This document shows, in pieces, positions 1 to 9,283 of a DNA stretch of 64,000 nt; within the stretch, counting starts at the first letter, position 1; every line of letters starts with the position of its first letter. The DNA is from Acidobacteriota bacterium. GTDB lineage: Bacteria; Acidobacteriota; Thermoanaerobaculia; Gp7-AA8. The translations under genes were made by a program, and so were the position numbers. A model generated the notes under the pieces. It saw nothing but the letters and a program-made list of their open reading frames with translations. It made no database searches and had not been told where the DNA came from. The DNA lies in NCBI GenBank assembly GCA_034667465.1, contig JAXDJV010000010.1, positions 6,874 to 70,873 of the forward strand, given 5' to 3'.

Positions 1-197
1 GCCCACTGCGTCGCACCGCGGGTAATGCCCGCGCGGATCGGAGAAGCCGGTTTTGGGGTGTGCATCCGGCGGTCGGATAGAGCGTCCTTCCTGCCAGAGT
101 GCCTCTGTCTGTTAACCAGCTTGAAATGAGTAATTTACGTGAAATTGACGCGCGATCTCGTCGCTCGCGATCCGCACACCTGTCCAGCAATCAGACG

Positions 198-989
198 TTA
201 TTCGAGCCGGAAACTGACCACCAGCTCGTGCTCGACTTCGTGCGCTTCGCCGTCGACTTTGAAAGGACGGAAACGCCACGTGCGGATTGCGCGGACGGCC
301 GACTCCTCGAACTTCGGCCAGCGGGGATGTTCGAGCACGACGACCTCTCTCACGTGGCCGTCTTTCCCGATGACGTAGCGCAGCGTGACGTCGTCTTCGC
401 GATGCAGCATCCGGGCATCTTCCGGATATTGCGGGAAGAGCTTCTTCTCGACGTAGAGCGGCAGGTTGACGTTCCGTCCGAAAAGCACGCGATCGCCGAC
501 CATCACGCCGCCCAGAAGTCCGTCCCGCTTTCCCTCCGCAACGCCGTTGCCGCTGCCGCTCCCCGATCCGCCGCCCGTTCCATCCTGTCCGTCGCTCGCG
601 CCTGTGGGCGAAGGGAGCGCCGTGAACGCGGCGAGTGAGAGCGTCGCGGTGCGCATCGGCACGACCGGAATCGAATCAGGGATCACGGTCGGCGCCACTT
701 CCAGCTCGGGTGGCGGCGCAACCGGAGTTGACGCCGGAACCGGCGTCGCAGGATTCGCCGGACGCGCGGGAGCGCCGGACGGAAGCGGGGGCGGGGGAGC
801 GGGGGCGGCGGCGATGGAGTACGGACGGACGAGCCGCGGCGGCTGATCGGGAAACACCGCACGCCACTGCGGCGCAATCAGAAACACCGCGAGGATGATG
901 ACGTGCGTCGCGATCGAGACCGGCAGCGATCGGTACGCCGCCTGGTGCGTACGCGTATGAAACGCCTCCGGAGCAACGGTCTCGAACAT
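198..989 (-). CDS. TonB family energy transducer (TonB C-terminal domain protein)
   Basis: N-terminal TM anchor (SIATHVIILAVFLI), Pro-rich and Gly-rich linkers, C-terminal YPEDAR...VTLRYVIGKDGHV...AVRAIRTWRFRP typical of TonB_C. Confidence 0.85.
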   Translation of the reverse strand: MFETVAPEAFHTRTHQAAYRSLPVSIATHVIILAVFLIAPQWRAVFPDQPPRLVRPYSIAAAPAPPPPLPSGAPARPANPATPVPASTPVAPPPELEVAPTVIPDSIPVVPMRTATLSLAAFTALPSPTGASDGQDGTGGGSGSGSGNGVAEGKRDGLLGGVMVGDRVLFGRNVNLPLYVEKKLFPQYPEDARMLHREDDVTLRYVIGKDGHVREVVVLEHPRWPKFEESAVRAIRTWRFRPFKVDGEAHEVEHELVVSFRLE

Positions 990-1030
990 TCGGTCTGCAG
1001 AGCTTAACGCGCCGCGGAGACCTCATGCGG

Positions 1031-1375
1031 TTACATGCGCGATTCGCGCAGCAGGCGATTGGCGCGCGCCACACCGACGCTCGTCACGATGATCGCGCCG
1101 ACGACGATCGCGGCGAGGTTCGCGCCGACGTAAATCTCCTGCGGCATCGTCGCAACGAGCGGAGTGGCGGCGATGACCAGCTGAACGATTCCGAGCCGGA
1201 CAAAATCGCGACCGGTCGCTTCATTCGCGTCGTACCAGACCGATTCACTCGCGGCGGTGGCGGGGAGGCGCAGGCCATACCAGGGATTCGGTGCGACACG
1301 ACGCTGCTTCAGCGGAATCCCCAAACCGGTGACGAGCAGCCCGGCGGCGAAGAACATCAATTCAAATCGCAGCAT
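1031..1375 (-). CDS. SdpI/YhfL family membrane protein
   Basis: 114 aa, three hydrophobic segments, PNPWYGLRLP...VWYDAN motif resembling the SdpI family GxR...W...N signature. Confidence 0.7.
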   Translation of the reverse strand: MLRFELMFFAAGLLVTGLGIPLKQRRVAPNPWYGLRLPATAASESVWYDANEATGRDFVRLGIVQLVIAATPLVATMPQEIYVGANLAAIVVGAIIVTSVGVARANRLLRESRM

Positions 1376-1425
1376 GGCGGATCAGGTCGCCGGTCCCGGT
1401 TCTCTCGCGTCCGGATAGACACCCA

Positions 1426-4158
1426 TCAGCGGCCTCCTCCGTAATCATATCGCTCGAACTCGATCGTTGACGGCCTGCCGGTTCGCGCCGACTCGGCATA
1501 CGCCTCGTACATCCGCTGCTGCGTCGGGAGCCATCCCTCGTGCAGGTCGCGTCCCCGTTTCATCGCCGCTTCCGCCCCTTTGTAATCGCCGCGCGCGTAG
1601 AGCAGGCGCGCTCTCGCGGTCAATGACGCCAGGTTGACTCGTACTTTCTCCGCACGATCGAGCATTCGCTGTGCTTCATCGAGCTGACCGCGACGCGTCA
1701 GCAGATAGGCGCTGTTCGCGTCGACGCGTTGCGCGACATCGGGACTTCCGAGCGGATCGCTGACCGCTCGGGCCTGATCGAATGCGCGCTGTGCCGCATC
1801 GAACTGGCCGAGGTATGTGCGCGCGAATCCGATGTTCACGAGCGCGATCGCTTCCACGCGCGGGTTATGAATCTGTGCGGCGATCGTTGCCGCTTCCTGC
1901 GTCTGCTGCAGCGCTTCCTCGATGTGGTCCATCGCCCAGAGCGCGATGGAAAGATTCACGAGCCCGAAGATCTCGTTGCCGCGGTCGCCGCTCTTTCGTG
2001 AGAGCGTCAGCTGGCGTCGTGCATAAGCGGCAGCACCCGGATAATCGGTCGCATCGAGGCGTGTTGATGCGAGATTGCCGAGCACTTTTACGGTCATCGG
2101 AAAGTCGTTGAGCTTCTCCGCCATCTCGAGCGTTCGCAGGTAGTAGCGTTCGGCCGCGGCGCTGTCTCCCTTCTCAGCCTCGAGGATGCCCATGTTGTTG
2201 TACACGCGTGCGAGATCGCTGGCACTGCGCAGAGACGTGAACGTTTGCAGCGCGGTGCGGTTCCACCCGCGCGCGTCATCGAGCCGGTTCTGATGCCAGG
2301 CCACGACGCCGAGGAGCCGCTGGGCGTGGCCGGCCATCTTCAGATCGCGCAGCTGTTGCGCGACGACGAGCGATGCGCGCGCGATGCGATCGGCGTCCGC
2401 GTACTGCCCGCGATCGATCAGATCGTCGGCGCGGGTGAGGTCGATCTCCGCGACGAGCCTTCGATCGCCTTTTCGGGTGGCGAGTTTCCGCGCGTCGTCG
2501 AGCAGTGCGTCGGTGCGGGCGACGTCGCCGGTGAGACTGCTGCAGCGCGCCAGCTGTACTTCCGCCCAGGCGAACTCCGGGTCACGATCGATGCAAACTG
2601 TGAAGTACGGCACGGCGGCCTGCGGCCCTTTCGTCAGGAACTGCTGCACGCCGATCGCGTATGCGACGTTCGCGAAGTCATCGAACGAATAGCGCTCGCG
2701 AATGTCGATCCTGCGCGCTGCCGGATCGAGCCGAGGGGCGAGACGCGAAGTCAGGTCGTTCGCTGCATCGGGAAGAGTGGCCGCCGACACTTTGCCCGGC
2801 GCTTCATCGCCGTCGCGAAGGAGCAGGCGATAGCTGATTCCGTACTGCCCCTCGCTCGAGGTGACAGTGGCGGCGAGGAGCGTATCTGCGCCGAGGACGT
2901 CGAGCAGCCGCGTGCGCGCGCCAGGTGTGAGCGCGGAGGTGCGCGCGATGCCGAGGTTCTTCATCGCTTTCAGCACGTCATCGGCGGGGACGAGCTGTAC
3001 GCGATGGAGCCCGCCGAGCCCCTGCATCACCATATCCATCAGCCCGAGCTCGACCCATTCGGTCCCGCGCTGGTTTGTCTCGTTGCGGAACGGCAGCACG
3101 GCGATTTTTCCATCGCCGTGTTTCGTGAACAGCGGTCGATCGGCAAGGCGTTGTGTGATGAACATCGCCACGACGGCGACGGCGATGATCGTCGCTCCGA
3201 CGGCCGCGAGGATGGCGTTGCGGCGAACGCGTTGCGGACGCGATGCGATCCGCTCCAGCTCGCGCACCGTTGCTTCAGCATCGGGACGCTCTTCCGGATC
3301 GGGATCGGTGAGGCCGCGGACGAGACGCGTGATGTCGCGATCGCCGGTGCCGGTCAGCGTGAGATCGGCCTTGCGAACTTTCGCGAGCAACTCCGTCGTC
3401 GACGGCGTTTTGCCGTATGGGCTCGCGCCGTGATTGAGCAGTTCGTACAACAGGATGCCGAACGAGTAGAGATCGCTCGCGGCGGTGAGCGGGAGTCCGC
3501 GCGCCTGTTCGGGCGACATGTAGTGAACGGTGCCGACAAGCGTGCCGGCCGACGTGCGCGCCCAGTCGATCGATTGCATCGGCTCGGTGCGGCGTTCCAT
3601 CAGCACGGTTTTCTCCGTCGCAGCGACTTCGGGCTCGGGCATCACCAGTTCGGCGGTCTCGTCGATCGATGAATCGTCGTCCTGCACGAGACGGGCGAGA
3701 CCGAAGTCGAGGACTTTCACCTCGCCGTCGCGCGTCAGCATCACGTTGTCGGGTTTCAGATCGCGATGGATGATTCCGCGCGCGTGAGCGAAGGCGAGCA
3801 CGCGCGCGAGCTGCACCGCGACGCTGACTCCTTCGGCGCCGGCAAGCCCTTCCGCGATCGCCGTTCGCAGCGTGCGGCCTTCGATCAGCTCGAGGACGAG
3901 ATAGTTTCCGCTCGCTTCCTCGATGACGTCGTAGATGCCGCAGATGTTCGGATGATCGAGCTTCGAAAGCAGACGCGCTTCGCGCAGAAATCGCGAACGG
4001 ACGCCGGAGTCGACGAGCTTGTTCGGCTGGATGACTTTCAGCGCGACCGGACGTTCGAGCCGCTCATCCCAGCCGCGATAGACCTCTCCCATTCCGCCGG
4101 CGCCGATGAGCGCGTCGATGCGGATTCGTCCGATGTGGCTGCCGGGCGGGAGCGACAT
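1426..4158 (-). CDS. Hanks-type Ser/Thr protein kinase with TM segment and TPR repeats
   Basis: [40 protein letters not shown] and DLYSFG motifs; TM helix [20 protein letters not shown]; helical TPR-like C-terminus. Confidence 0.95.
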   Translation of the reverse strand: MSLPPGSHIGRIRIDALIGAGGMGEVYRGWDERLERPVALKVIQPNKLVDSGVRSRFLREARLLSKLDHPNICGIYDVIEEASGNYLVLELIEGRTLRTAIAEGLAGAEGVSVAVQLARVLAFAHARGIIHRDLKPDNVMLTRDGEVKVLDFGLARLVQDDDSSIDETAELVMPEPEVAATEKTVLMERRTEPMQSIDWARTSAGTLVGTVHYMSPEQARGLPLTAASDLYSFGILLYELLNHGASPYGKTPSTTELLAKVRKADLTLTGTGDRDITRLVRGLTDPDPEERPDAEATVRELERIASRPQRVRRNAILAAVGATIIAVAVVAMFITQRLADRPLFTKHGDGKIAVLPFRNETNQRGTEWVELGLMDMVMQGLGGLHRVQLVPADDVLKAMKNLGIARTSALTPGARTRLLDVLGADTLLAATVTSSEGQYGISYRLLLRDGDEAPGKVSAATLPDAANDLTSRLAPRLDPAARRIDIRERYSFDDFANVAYAIGVQQFLTKGPQAAVPYFTVCIDRDPEFAWAEVQLARCSSLTGDVARTDALLDDARKLATRKGDRRLVAEIDLTRADDLIDRGQYADADRIARASLVVAQQLRDLKMAGHAQRLLGVVAWHQNRLDDARGWNRTALQTFTSLRSASDLARVYNNMGILEAEKGDSAAAERYYLRTLEMAEKLNDFPMTVKVLGNLASTRLDATDYPGAAAYARRQLTLSRKSGDRGNEIFGLVNLSIALWAMDHIEEALQQTQEAATIAAQIHNPRVEAIALVNIGFARTYLGQFDAAQRAFDQARAVSDPLGSPDVAQRVDANSAYLLTRRGQLDEAQRMLDRAEKVRVNLASLTARARLLYARGDYKGAEAAMKRGRDLHEGWLPTQQRMYEAYAESARTGRPSTIEFERYDYGGGR

Positions 4159-4313
4159 GGTTTGCGTGGATGAATCTTAATCCTGCCGCGCCCCGCGGAA
4201 GGCTCTGCCTCTTTTGTTACGGAAGGCGGGTAGGGAAATCGCCCCGGCCGTCACACCTCAGAGTGGAGCGTCCATTCGTCTGGCAGGTCGATCAACCGGG
4301 GGAGGCCTCGTTT

Positions 4314-4952
4314 ATGGGACAGGCAACACGATCGCTCGAGCGCGCCCTGCTCGAGAGATTGAGCGTCGGTGACTGCGACGCGTTCTGGAGTCTGTGGATG
4401 CTGCACCGTCCGCATCTGCATGCGGTTTGTTACCGCCAGATGCAGTGGGTCGTCGCTGACGCCGACGACGCGGTCAGCCGCTCGATGCTCCTCGCGCACG
4501 CGAAGCTGCCGGAGTATGCGATGGAGATCGTCGACGTCGAAGCGTGGCTGACACGCCTGACGTGCAACGTCTGTCTCGACATCAAGAAAGAGCGCGGCCG
4601 CGGCGTGCGAAAAGCGGAATCGCTCGACGAACAGTCGCTGACGCGGCGCGAAGCGACGCTCCCGGAGCCGCTCTCGCCGGAGGATGCGTGCGTCTCGACG
4701 CAGATGCGCGAATCGATTGCCGGCGCGATCGGACGACTGCCCGAGCCGCTGCGCATCGTGGCGCTGATGCGTTTCGTCCAGGAAGCGTCGTATACGGCCA
4801 TCGCCGAAAAGCTCACCATCAGCGAAGCGAACGCGCGCAAGCGCGTGCAGCAGGCGCGGACGATGCTGCGTCCGCAACTCGTTCACCTGCGCGGCGACGA
4901 GCTACGCGTCACTGCGCCTGGAGCACGAGGAACTGCGGATTGCTCGCCCTGA
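4314..4952 (+). CDS. ECF-type sigma-70 factor
   Basis: Region 2 (DADDAV...AWLTRLTCNVCLD) and region 4 (LPEPLRIVALMRFVQEASYTAIAEKLTISEANARKRVQQAR). Start moved to ATG 4314 because GGAGG lies at 4301. Confidence 0.88.
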   Translation: MGQATRSLERALLERLSVGDCDAFWSLWMLHRPHLHAVCYRQMQWVVADADDAVSRSMLLAHAKLPEYAMEIVDVEAWLTRLTCNVCLDIKKERGRGVRKAESLDEQSLTRREATLPEPLSPEDACVSTQMRESIAGAIGRLPEPLRIVALMRFVQEASYTAIAEKLTISEANARKRVQQARTMLRPQLVHLRGDELRVTAPGARGTADCSP

Positions 4953-6720
4953 GTCCCACCGACGGGCATTCGACGTAAACGTAGTAAACACCCGGCGACG
5001 GCGAGGTGAAGTCCACCTCATATCGCCCGTCGCCGCGCGGCTGCAGCGCCAGCCGTTCCGACCACGCGCCGTTCGCCTGCATGATCAGCGCGCGGGCGTC
5101 GGCCAGCGCGTTCGCCGGCAGCTTCGTCTTCGCATCGGTGAGACGGAACGCCAGCTGCGTCTTTTCGCGCGCCGTGATGATCCGCTGTTTCGTCAGCTGC
5201 TCGATGTTCAGCGGTACGCGCGGCTTCGCCGCGGCGATGTCGGGATTCTCCGCGACGTTCACCGTGAAGCAGGAGATGACGCGCGGTGAATCGATGAAGA
5301 CGGCGACGTCGTAGAGTCCCGCCTCCGGCATCGTCGCGGTCGTCGTAAACGTTCCCGGCTTTCCTTCGCGCAGGCTGCGATTCACGACGAGTACCGCCTG
5401 CGGCGGATGGTGGTAGTTCGAGAAGTGGCCGATTGGTGCCGCCATCCCTTCCTTGTAGAAGTAGACCTCGCCGTCCGCCGGGTTCGCGACGAGCACGGCG
5501 TTCTCGCCGGCCGCGGGCACGATGCCGTCGGCGGCGGTGAGTCGCGGCATCTTCCCGAAGTTTTCCTGGCCGCCGGGAAACTCGACCACCGCAAGCGCGC
5601 GTCCTTCTTTGCCGATATTCGCGAGCGGAATCATCAGCACCAGTTCGCTCTCGCGGCGACGAACGTACGCCAGCGAATCGGTGAAGGTCACTTCGAACGG
5701 ACCGCCTTCAAGCTCGCCGGTCTGGATGACGCGATTCGACGACACGTCGACGATGTGCATCAGGTCCTTCGCCGGATTGAGCGTGAATCCGTAGCGGCCG
5801 CCCGGCGCGAAGCGAATCCGTTCCAGTCCCGGCTCGGTCATGATTCGTCCGACCGGTTTCTTCGCGCGCGGATCGAGGACCGTGATCGCGCCGTCGCTGC
5901 TGGCGATGTAGGCGAGGTTGCTGAGCGGCGACCAGTCGACCGACAGCGGTTTCGCGCCGGCCGGTCCGCGCGCCACCTCTTTCAATGTGGCGACGTCGAT
6001 GATGCTCACCGTGCCGTCGTCGCCGTTCGTGACGATGATCGAGCGATTGTCGGGCGTCGCGGCGAGATCGTGCGGCCCTTTTCCCGTTGCGATCTTCGCG
6101 GCGACGGTGAGATCGGCGGGGCGAAGCGCTGTGACGCCGTCGCGCGTCGAGATCCAGACGTAATGTCCGTCCGGCTGTTCGACGATGCGCCGCGGTTCGA
6201 TGCCGGCGTCGAACGTCGAGATGATCTTCCAGCGACCTGTGTCGATTGCCGTTACCTTTCCGGCGGCCGGTGACGTGACGAGGAGACGCGCGCCGTCAGC
6301 TGTCAGCGTCCAGTCGAAGCCGGGCGACGGGAGCTCGAGCATGCCGATGAGCTGCGTTCCGCCGAAGCTGAAATGCGGATCGACGATGGTCAGCGTGCCG
6401 TCGCCGTTCATCGCCACGACGTAGTAGACGTTGAGGTCGAGCGAGGGACGTTGATAGACATTGCCGGCGACGAACGTCGCGACGGTGGCCGTGCACTGTT
6501 TGCGGTCGAGCGGCTTGTCGCCGGCGGATTTGTTGAACCACGCGGTCGGAAAGACGCCGCCGAGCGGAGCGCCGGTGGTCTGATCGCGCAGCGTCACTTC
6601 GACGCGGGCGGTGTCGCCTTCACGTGCGTTCGCGACGTCGAGACCGACGACGATCCCGCCGTCCGTCACCTTCTGAGAGACGAGCGCCGCAAGCGCCAGC
6701 ACACCGAGGAAGTTCGTCAC
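4909..6720 (-). CDS. Secreted YVTN/cytochrome-d1-type beta-propeller protein with C-terminal Ig/YtkA-like domain
   Basis: Repeated propeller blades (TADGARLLVT, TPDNRSIIVTN, APGGRYGFTLN); signal-like N-terminus from GTG 6720; C-terminal GRYEVDFT...PGVYYVYV. Confidence 0.75.
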   Translation of the reverse strand: MTNFLGVLALAALVSQKVTDGGIVVGLDVANAREGDTARVEVTLRDQTTGAPLGGVFPTAWFNKSAGDKPLDRKQCTATVATFVAGNVYQRPSLDLNVYYVVAMNGDGTLTIVDPHFSFGGTQLIGMLELPSPGFDWTLTADGARLLVTSPAAGKVTAIDTGRWKIISTFDAGIEPRRIVEQPDGHYVWISTRDGVTALRPADLTVAAKIATGKGPHDLAATPDNRSIIVTNGDDGTVSIIDVATLKEVARGPAGAKPLSVDWSPLSNLAYIASSDGAITVLDPRAKKPVGRIMTEPGLERIRFAPGGRYGFTLNPAKDLMHIVDVSSNRVIQTGELEGGPFEVTFTDSLAYVRRRESELVLMIPLANIGKEGRALAVVEFPGGQENFGKMPRLTAADGIVPAAGENAVLVANPADGEVYFYKEGMAAPIGHFSNYHHPPQAVLVVNRSLREGKPGTFTTTATMPEAGLYDVAVFIDSPRVISCFTVNVAENPDIAAAKPRVPLNIEQLTKQRIITAREKTQLAFRLTDAKTKLPANALADARALIMQANGAWSERLALQPRGDGRYEVDFTSPSPGVYYVYVECPSVGLRASNPQFLVLQAQ

Positions 6721-6757
6721 CTGACGAGGATAAGACGTTGCGGGTGGTGAGGATGTG

Positions 6758-6887
6758 AAGTCAAAGTCGGGGGTCACATCTGGAAATTTGACTTTAGCAA
6801 CCGGGAATCCGGCCTTTCAGCCGTGACGCCTGAGTGATCAGGCAACCGTTAAGTCAAATTTCCAGATGTGACCCCCGACTTTGACTT
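6758..6887. repeat. Perfect 37-bp inverted repeat (6758-6794 / 6851-6887) around a 56-bp spacer
   Basis: AAGTCAAAGTCGGGGGTCACATCTGGAAATTTGACTT and its exact reverse complement read directly from the sequence. Confidence 0.97.
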
Positions 6888-6948
6888 TCCATTCACAGTC
6901 GGCCGCGGCGCGTCGTCTTTTAGTAGACAAACGGTGTCCAAATCCTCC

Positions 6949-8433
6949 ATGTCCAGCGCCACCGTAGTTGCCGTACTCGATGCTCGCCCGACGGGCGAGT
7001 TGATCGCGACCGTCGCCCGAAACGCGGGCTGGCTCGAAGTCCGAGCCGATCTCCTCGGCGATCTCGACGCTTCCTGGCTTCGCTCGCACTTCCCCGGCGC
7101 GCTGCTCTATTCATTGCGCAGCCAAGCCGAGGGCGGGGCGGCGGAAGGTGACGCCAGCCGCCGCGCGCGACTCATCGCCGCCGCCCGCGACTACGACTTC
7201 ATCGATCTGGAGCTCGGCGATCTCGTTCCCGCCGTGCTGAAAGCAATCCCGCCGTCAAAGCGGATCATTTCCTCGCGCCGCTCCACGCCCGAGCTCGCCC
7301 ATCTCGGCGACCGGCTGCGCGTCATGACGTCGGTCGAAGCGCACCTCTATCGCATCTCCGCCATCGCAAAGCGCAGCGGCGATGAGCTCGCGCCACTGCA
7401 GCTCCTCAAAGAAACGGGACGCACCGACGTCACCGCGTACGCGACCGGTCCGATCGGCCTCTGGTCGCGCATCGTGGCGCCGTGGCTCGGCGCGCCGATC
7501 GTCTTCGGCCGCGTTGGCGACGACGACACCGCGGAAGGGTTGCCGTCGATCGATCGCCTCGTCGGCAGCTTCGGTTTTCCCGATCTCCCCGAAATCGATG
7601 AGCTGTTCGGCATGGTCGGTGCGCCGGTCATGCATTCGCACTCGCCGCGCATCCACAACACCGCGTTCCGCGCCACCGGCCGCAACGCGCTGTACGTCCC
7701 GTTTCACGTCGACGAGTTCTCCGACTTCTGGTCGCGCGTGATCAGCAACGGCGCGCTGGAGTCGCTCGGATTTTCGATCAACGCGCTCTCCGTCGTCTCG
7801 CCGCACAAAGCGATCGCGCTCGGCGCGGCACGCTCGAAGAGTCCCGTCGTCCGGCGTGCCGGCTCGACGAACTTCTTTCGACGCGGCGCCGACGGCGAAT
7901 GGGTCGCGGAGACGACCGACGCCGAGGGCGTGATACTCACGCTGCGCGAACGTGGCATTCCATGCGCGAAACAGCGTGTGGCCGTCATCGGCTGCGGCGG
8001 CTCCGGCCGCGCGATGGCGGCAGCGCTCGATCAGGCAGGCGCCGATGTCACGCTGGTCAATCGCGGTCTCGAGCGCGCGTCGCTCGCCGTGCGACTGCTT
8101 CGTCTGCCGTTCATGCCGCTCAACTCGTTTTCCGGCGACGGATTCTCGATTGTCGTCAATGCGACGCCGGTCGGACGCGACAGCGACGAGATCTCGTTTC
8201 CGATCGAAAGCCTCAAGCGCGACGCCACGATCGTCGATCTCGTCTATCGCGACACGCCGACGCAGCTCATGACCCGCACGCGCGGTCCCGGACGAATCAC
8301 CATCGACGGCTGGGACATGCTCATCACGCAGGCGCTCGAACAGTTTCGATTGATGACCGGCGACGAAATGCCGGAAGGACTGGCACGCCAAACCCTCGGT
8401 CTCGAACCGGCCGAGTTGATTGCCGAATGCTGA
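6949..8433 (+). CDS. AroD-AroE-like fusion (type I dehydroquinase-like domain + shikimate dehydrogenase)
   Basis: N-domain LEVRAD, SLRSQAEGG, FIDLE; C-domain HSHSPRIHN, SPHK, TTDAEG, IGCGGSG, VNATPVG, DLVY, ML..QA. Confidence 0.88.
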   Translation: MSSATVVAVLDARPTGELIATVARNAGWLEVRADLLGDLDASWLRSHFPGALLYSLRSQAEGGAAEGDASRRARLIAAARDYDFIDLELGDLVPAVLKAIPPSKRIISSRRSTPELAHLGDRLRVMTSVEAHLYRISAIAKRSGDELAPLQLLKETGRTDVTAYATGPIGLWSRIVAPWLGAPIVFGRVGDDDTAEGLPSIDRLVGSFGFPDLPEIDELFGMVGAPVMHSHSPRIHNTAFRATGRNALYVPFHVDEFSDFWSRVISNGALESLGFSINALSVVSPHKAIALGAARSKSPVVRRAGSTNFFRRGADGEWVAETTDAEGVILTLRERGIPCAKQRVAVIGCGGSGRAMAAALDQAGADVTLVNRGLERASLAVRLLRLPFMPLNSFSGDGFSIVVNATPVGRDSDEISFPIESLKRDATIVDLVYRDTPTQLMTRTRGPGRITIDGWDMLITQALEQFRLMTGDEMPEGLARQTLGLEPAELIAEC

Positions 8434-8448
8434 CCGGAGGAAGACGGA

Positions 8449-8871
8449 ATGGGTGAGCCACAACAGTCGCGACGAAGCGTCGAGCAGATGCCGATGGACG
8501 CTCCGCCGCCGCGCATCGAAGCCGAGGCGATGGACGGCCGCTGGTACAAGACCAGCGACAAACCGCAGTGGATCGAGCGACTCGAGCTCGACACCGCCGG
8601 CGACGCGACGTACGTACACATTTTCGGCGGCGCCTCGCCGTCGCCGGCCGACTGGGGCCGCGTTCGCATTCAGTGGCCGTATGCCAGCGCGTCGAACACG
8701 TCGAGCGCGAAGGCGGGCGGATTCGTCGCGCAGTACGACTTCGACGAGATGTCGGTCGAGGTCCAGGCGAACTACAACCTCGGCCTCCTCGTCGTGGCGA
8801 CCTTCGTCACCTTCAAACAACCGGGCGCGCTCTCCGACCGCTTCACCCGCGAGTTCTTCTTCCGCGCGTGA
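8449..8871 (+). CDS. Small hypothetical beta-rich protein (paralog 1)
   Basis: 140 aa; shares G.W, (D/E)W..V, QAN...G.LVVA.F and REFF.R motifs with the next ORF. Confidence 0.8.
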   Translation: MGEPQQSRRSVEQMPMDAPPPRIEAEAMDGRWYKTSDKPQWIERLELDTAGDATYVHIFGGASPSPADWGRVRIQWPYASASNTSSAKAGGFVAQYDFDEMSVEVQANYNLGLLVVATFVTFKQPGALSDRFTREFFFRA

Positions 8872-8890
8872 TCTCGATGAGGAATCGATC

Positions 8891-9283
8891 ATGACCGCAG
8901 CTGCCGAAACCGCCGCACTCGCACTCGACGCCGCAGTGCTCGCCGGCGAATGGATCAACACGAATGCCGAAGCCGGCATCGCCCGCATCGTCTGCACCTC
9001 GCAACCGGACGGCACGATGCGCGTTCGCGCAACGGGGCGCACCGCCGGCGGCGAAATGGAAGAGTGGGACGAAGTCGACGCGCCGCTCTACTCGTTTACC
9101 TTTGAATCGCGTCAGGCCGGCGCCTTCAGCGCCGTCTTCGACCTCGGCTACGAAGAAGTGCGCATGCAGGCCAACGTGAAAGCGGGCGTCCTCGTCGTCG
9201 CCAGCTTCAATCGCTTCAAGGACGACAGCGGCCGCTCGAACTACTTCGACCGCGAGTTCTTCCACAGGATCTCGAAGGGATGA
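8891..9283 (+). CDS. Small hypothetical beta-rich protein (paralog 2)
   Basis: C-terminal part of track ORF 8420..9283, start at ATG 8891; GEWINTN...QANVKAGVLVVASF...REFFHR; stop overlaps the next ATG. Confidence 0.8.
   Translation: MTAAAETAALALDAAVLAGEWINTNAEAGIARIVCTSQPDGTMRVRATGRTAGGEMEEWDEVDAPLYSFTFESRQAGAFSAVFDLGYEEVRMQANVKAGVLVVASFNRFKDDSGRSNYFDREFFHRISKG

Noticed and set aside
1-197. Possible gene start or promoter at the left edge
   Set aside because: Too little sequence and no recognisable motif to support a call.
6758-6887. Inverted repeat as a CRISPR repeat or IS ends
   Set aside because: Only two copies, inverted rather than direct; no cas or transposase gene; only 56 bp enclosed.
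6721-6948. Shared MTPDFDF N-termini suggesting a common leader peptide on two divergent proteins
   Set aside because: Produced by the DNA inverted repeat. More plausible starts lie at 6720 and 6949.
6949-8433. Calling this the housekeeping aroDE
   Set aside because: The dehydroquinase catalytic residues look substituted and the context is biosynthetic tailoring, so no gene symbol was assigned.
8420-8890. N-terminal half of the 287-aa ORF 8420..9283
   Set aside because: Out-of-frame overlap with the 8449..8871 gene. Only the part from ATG 8891 resembles its paralog.
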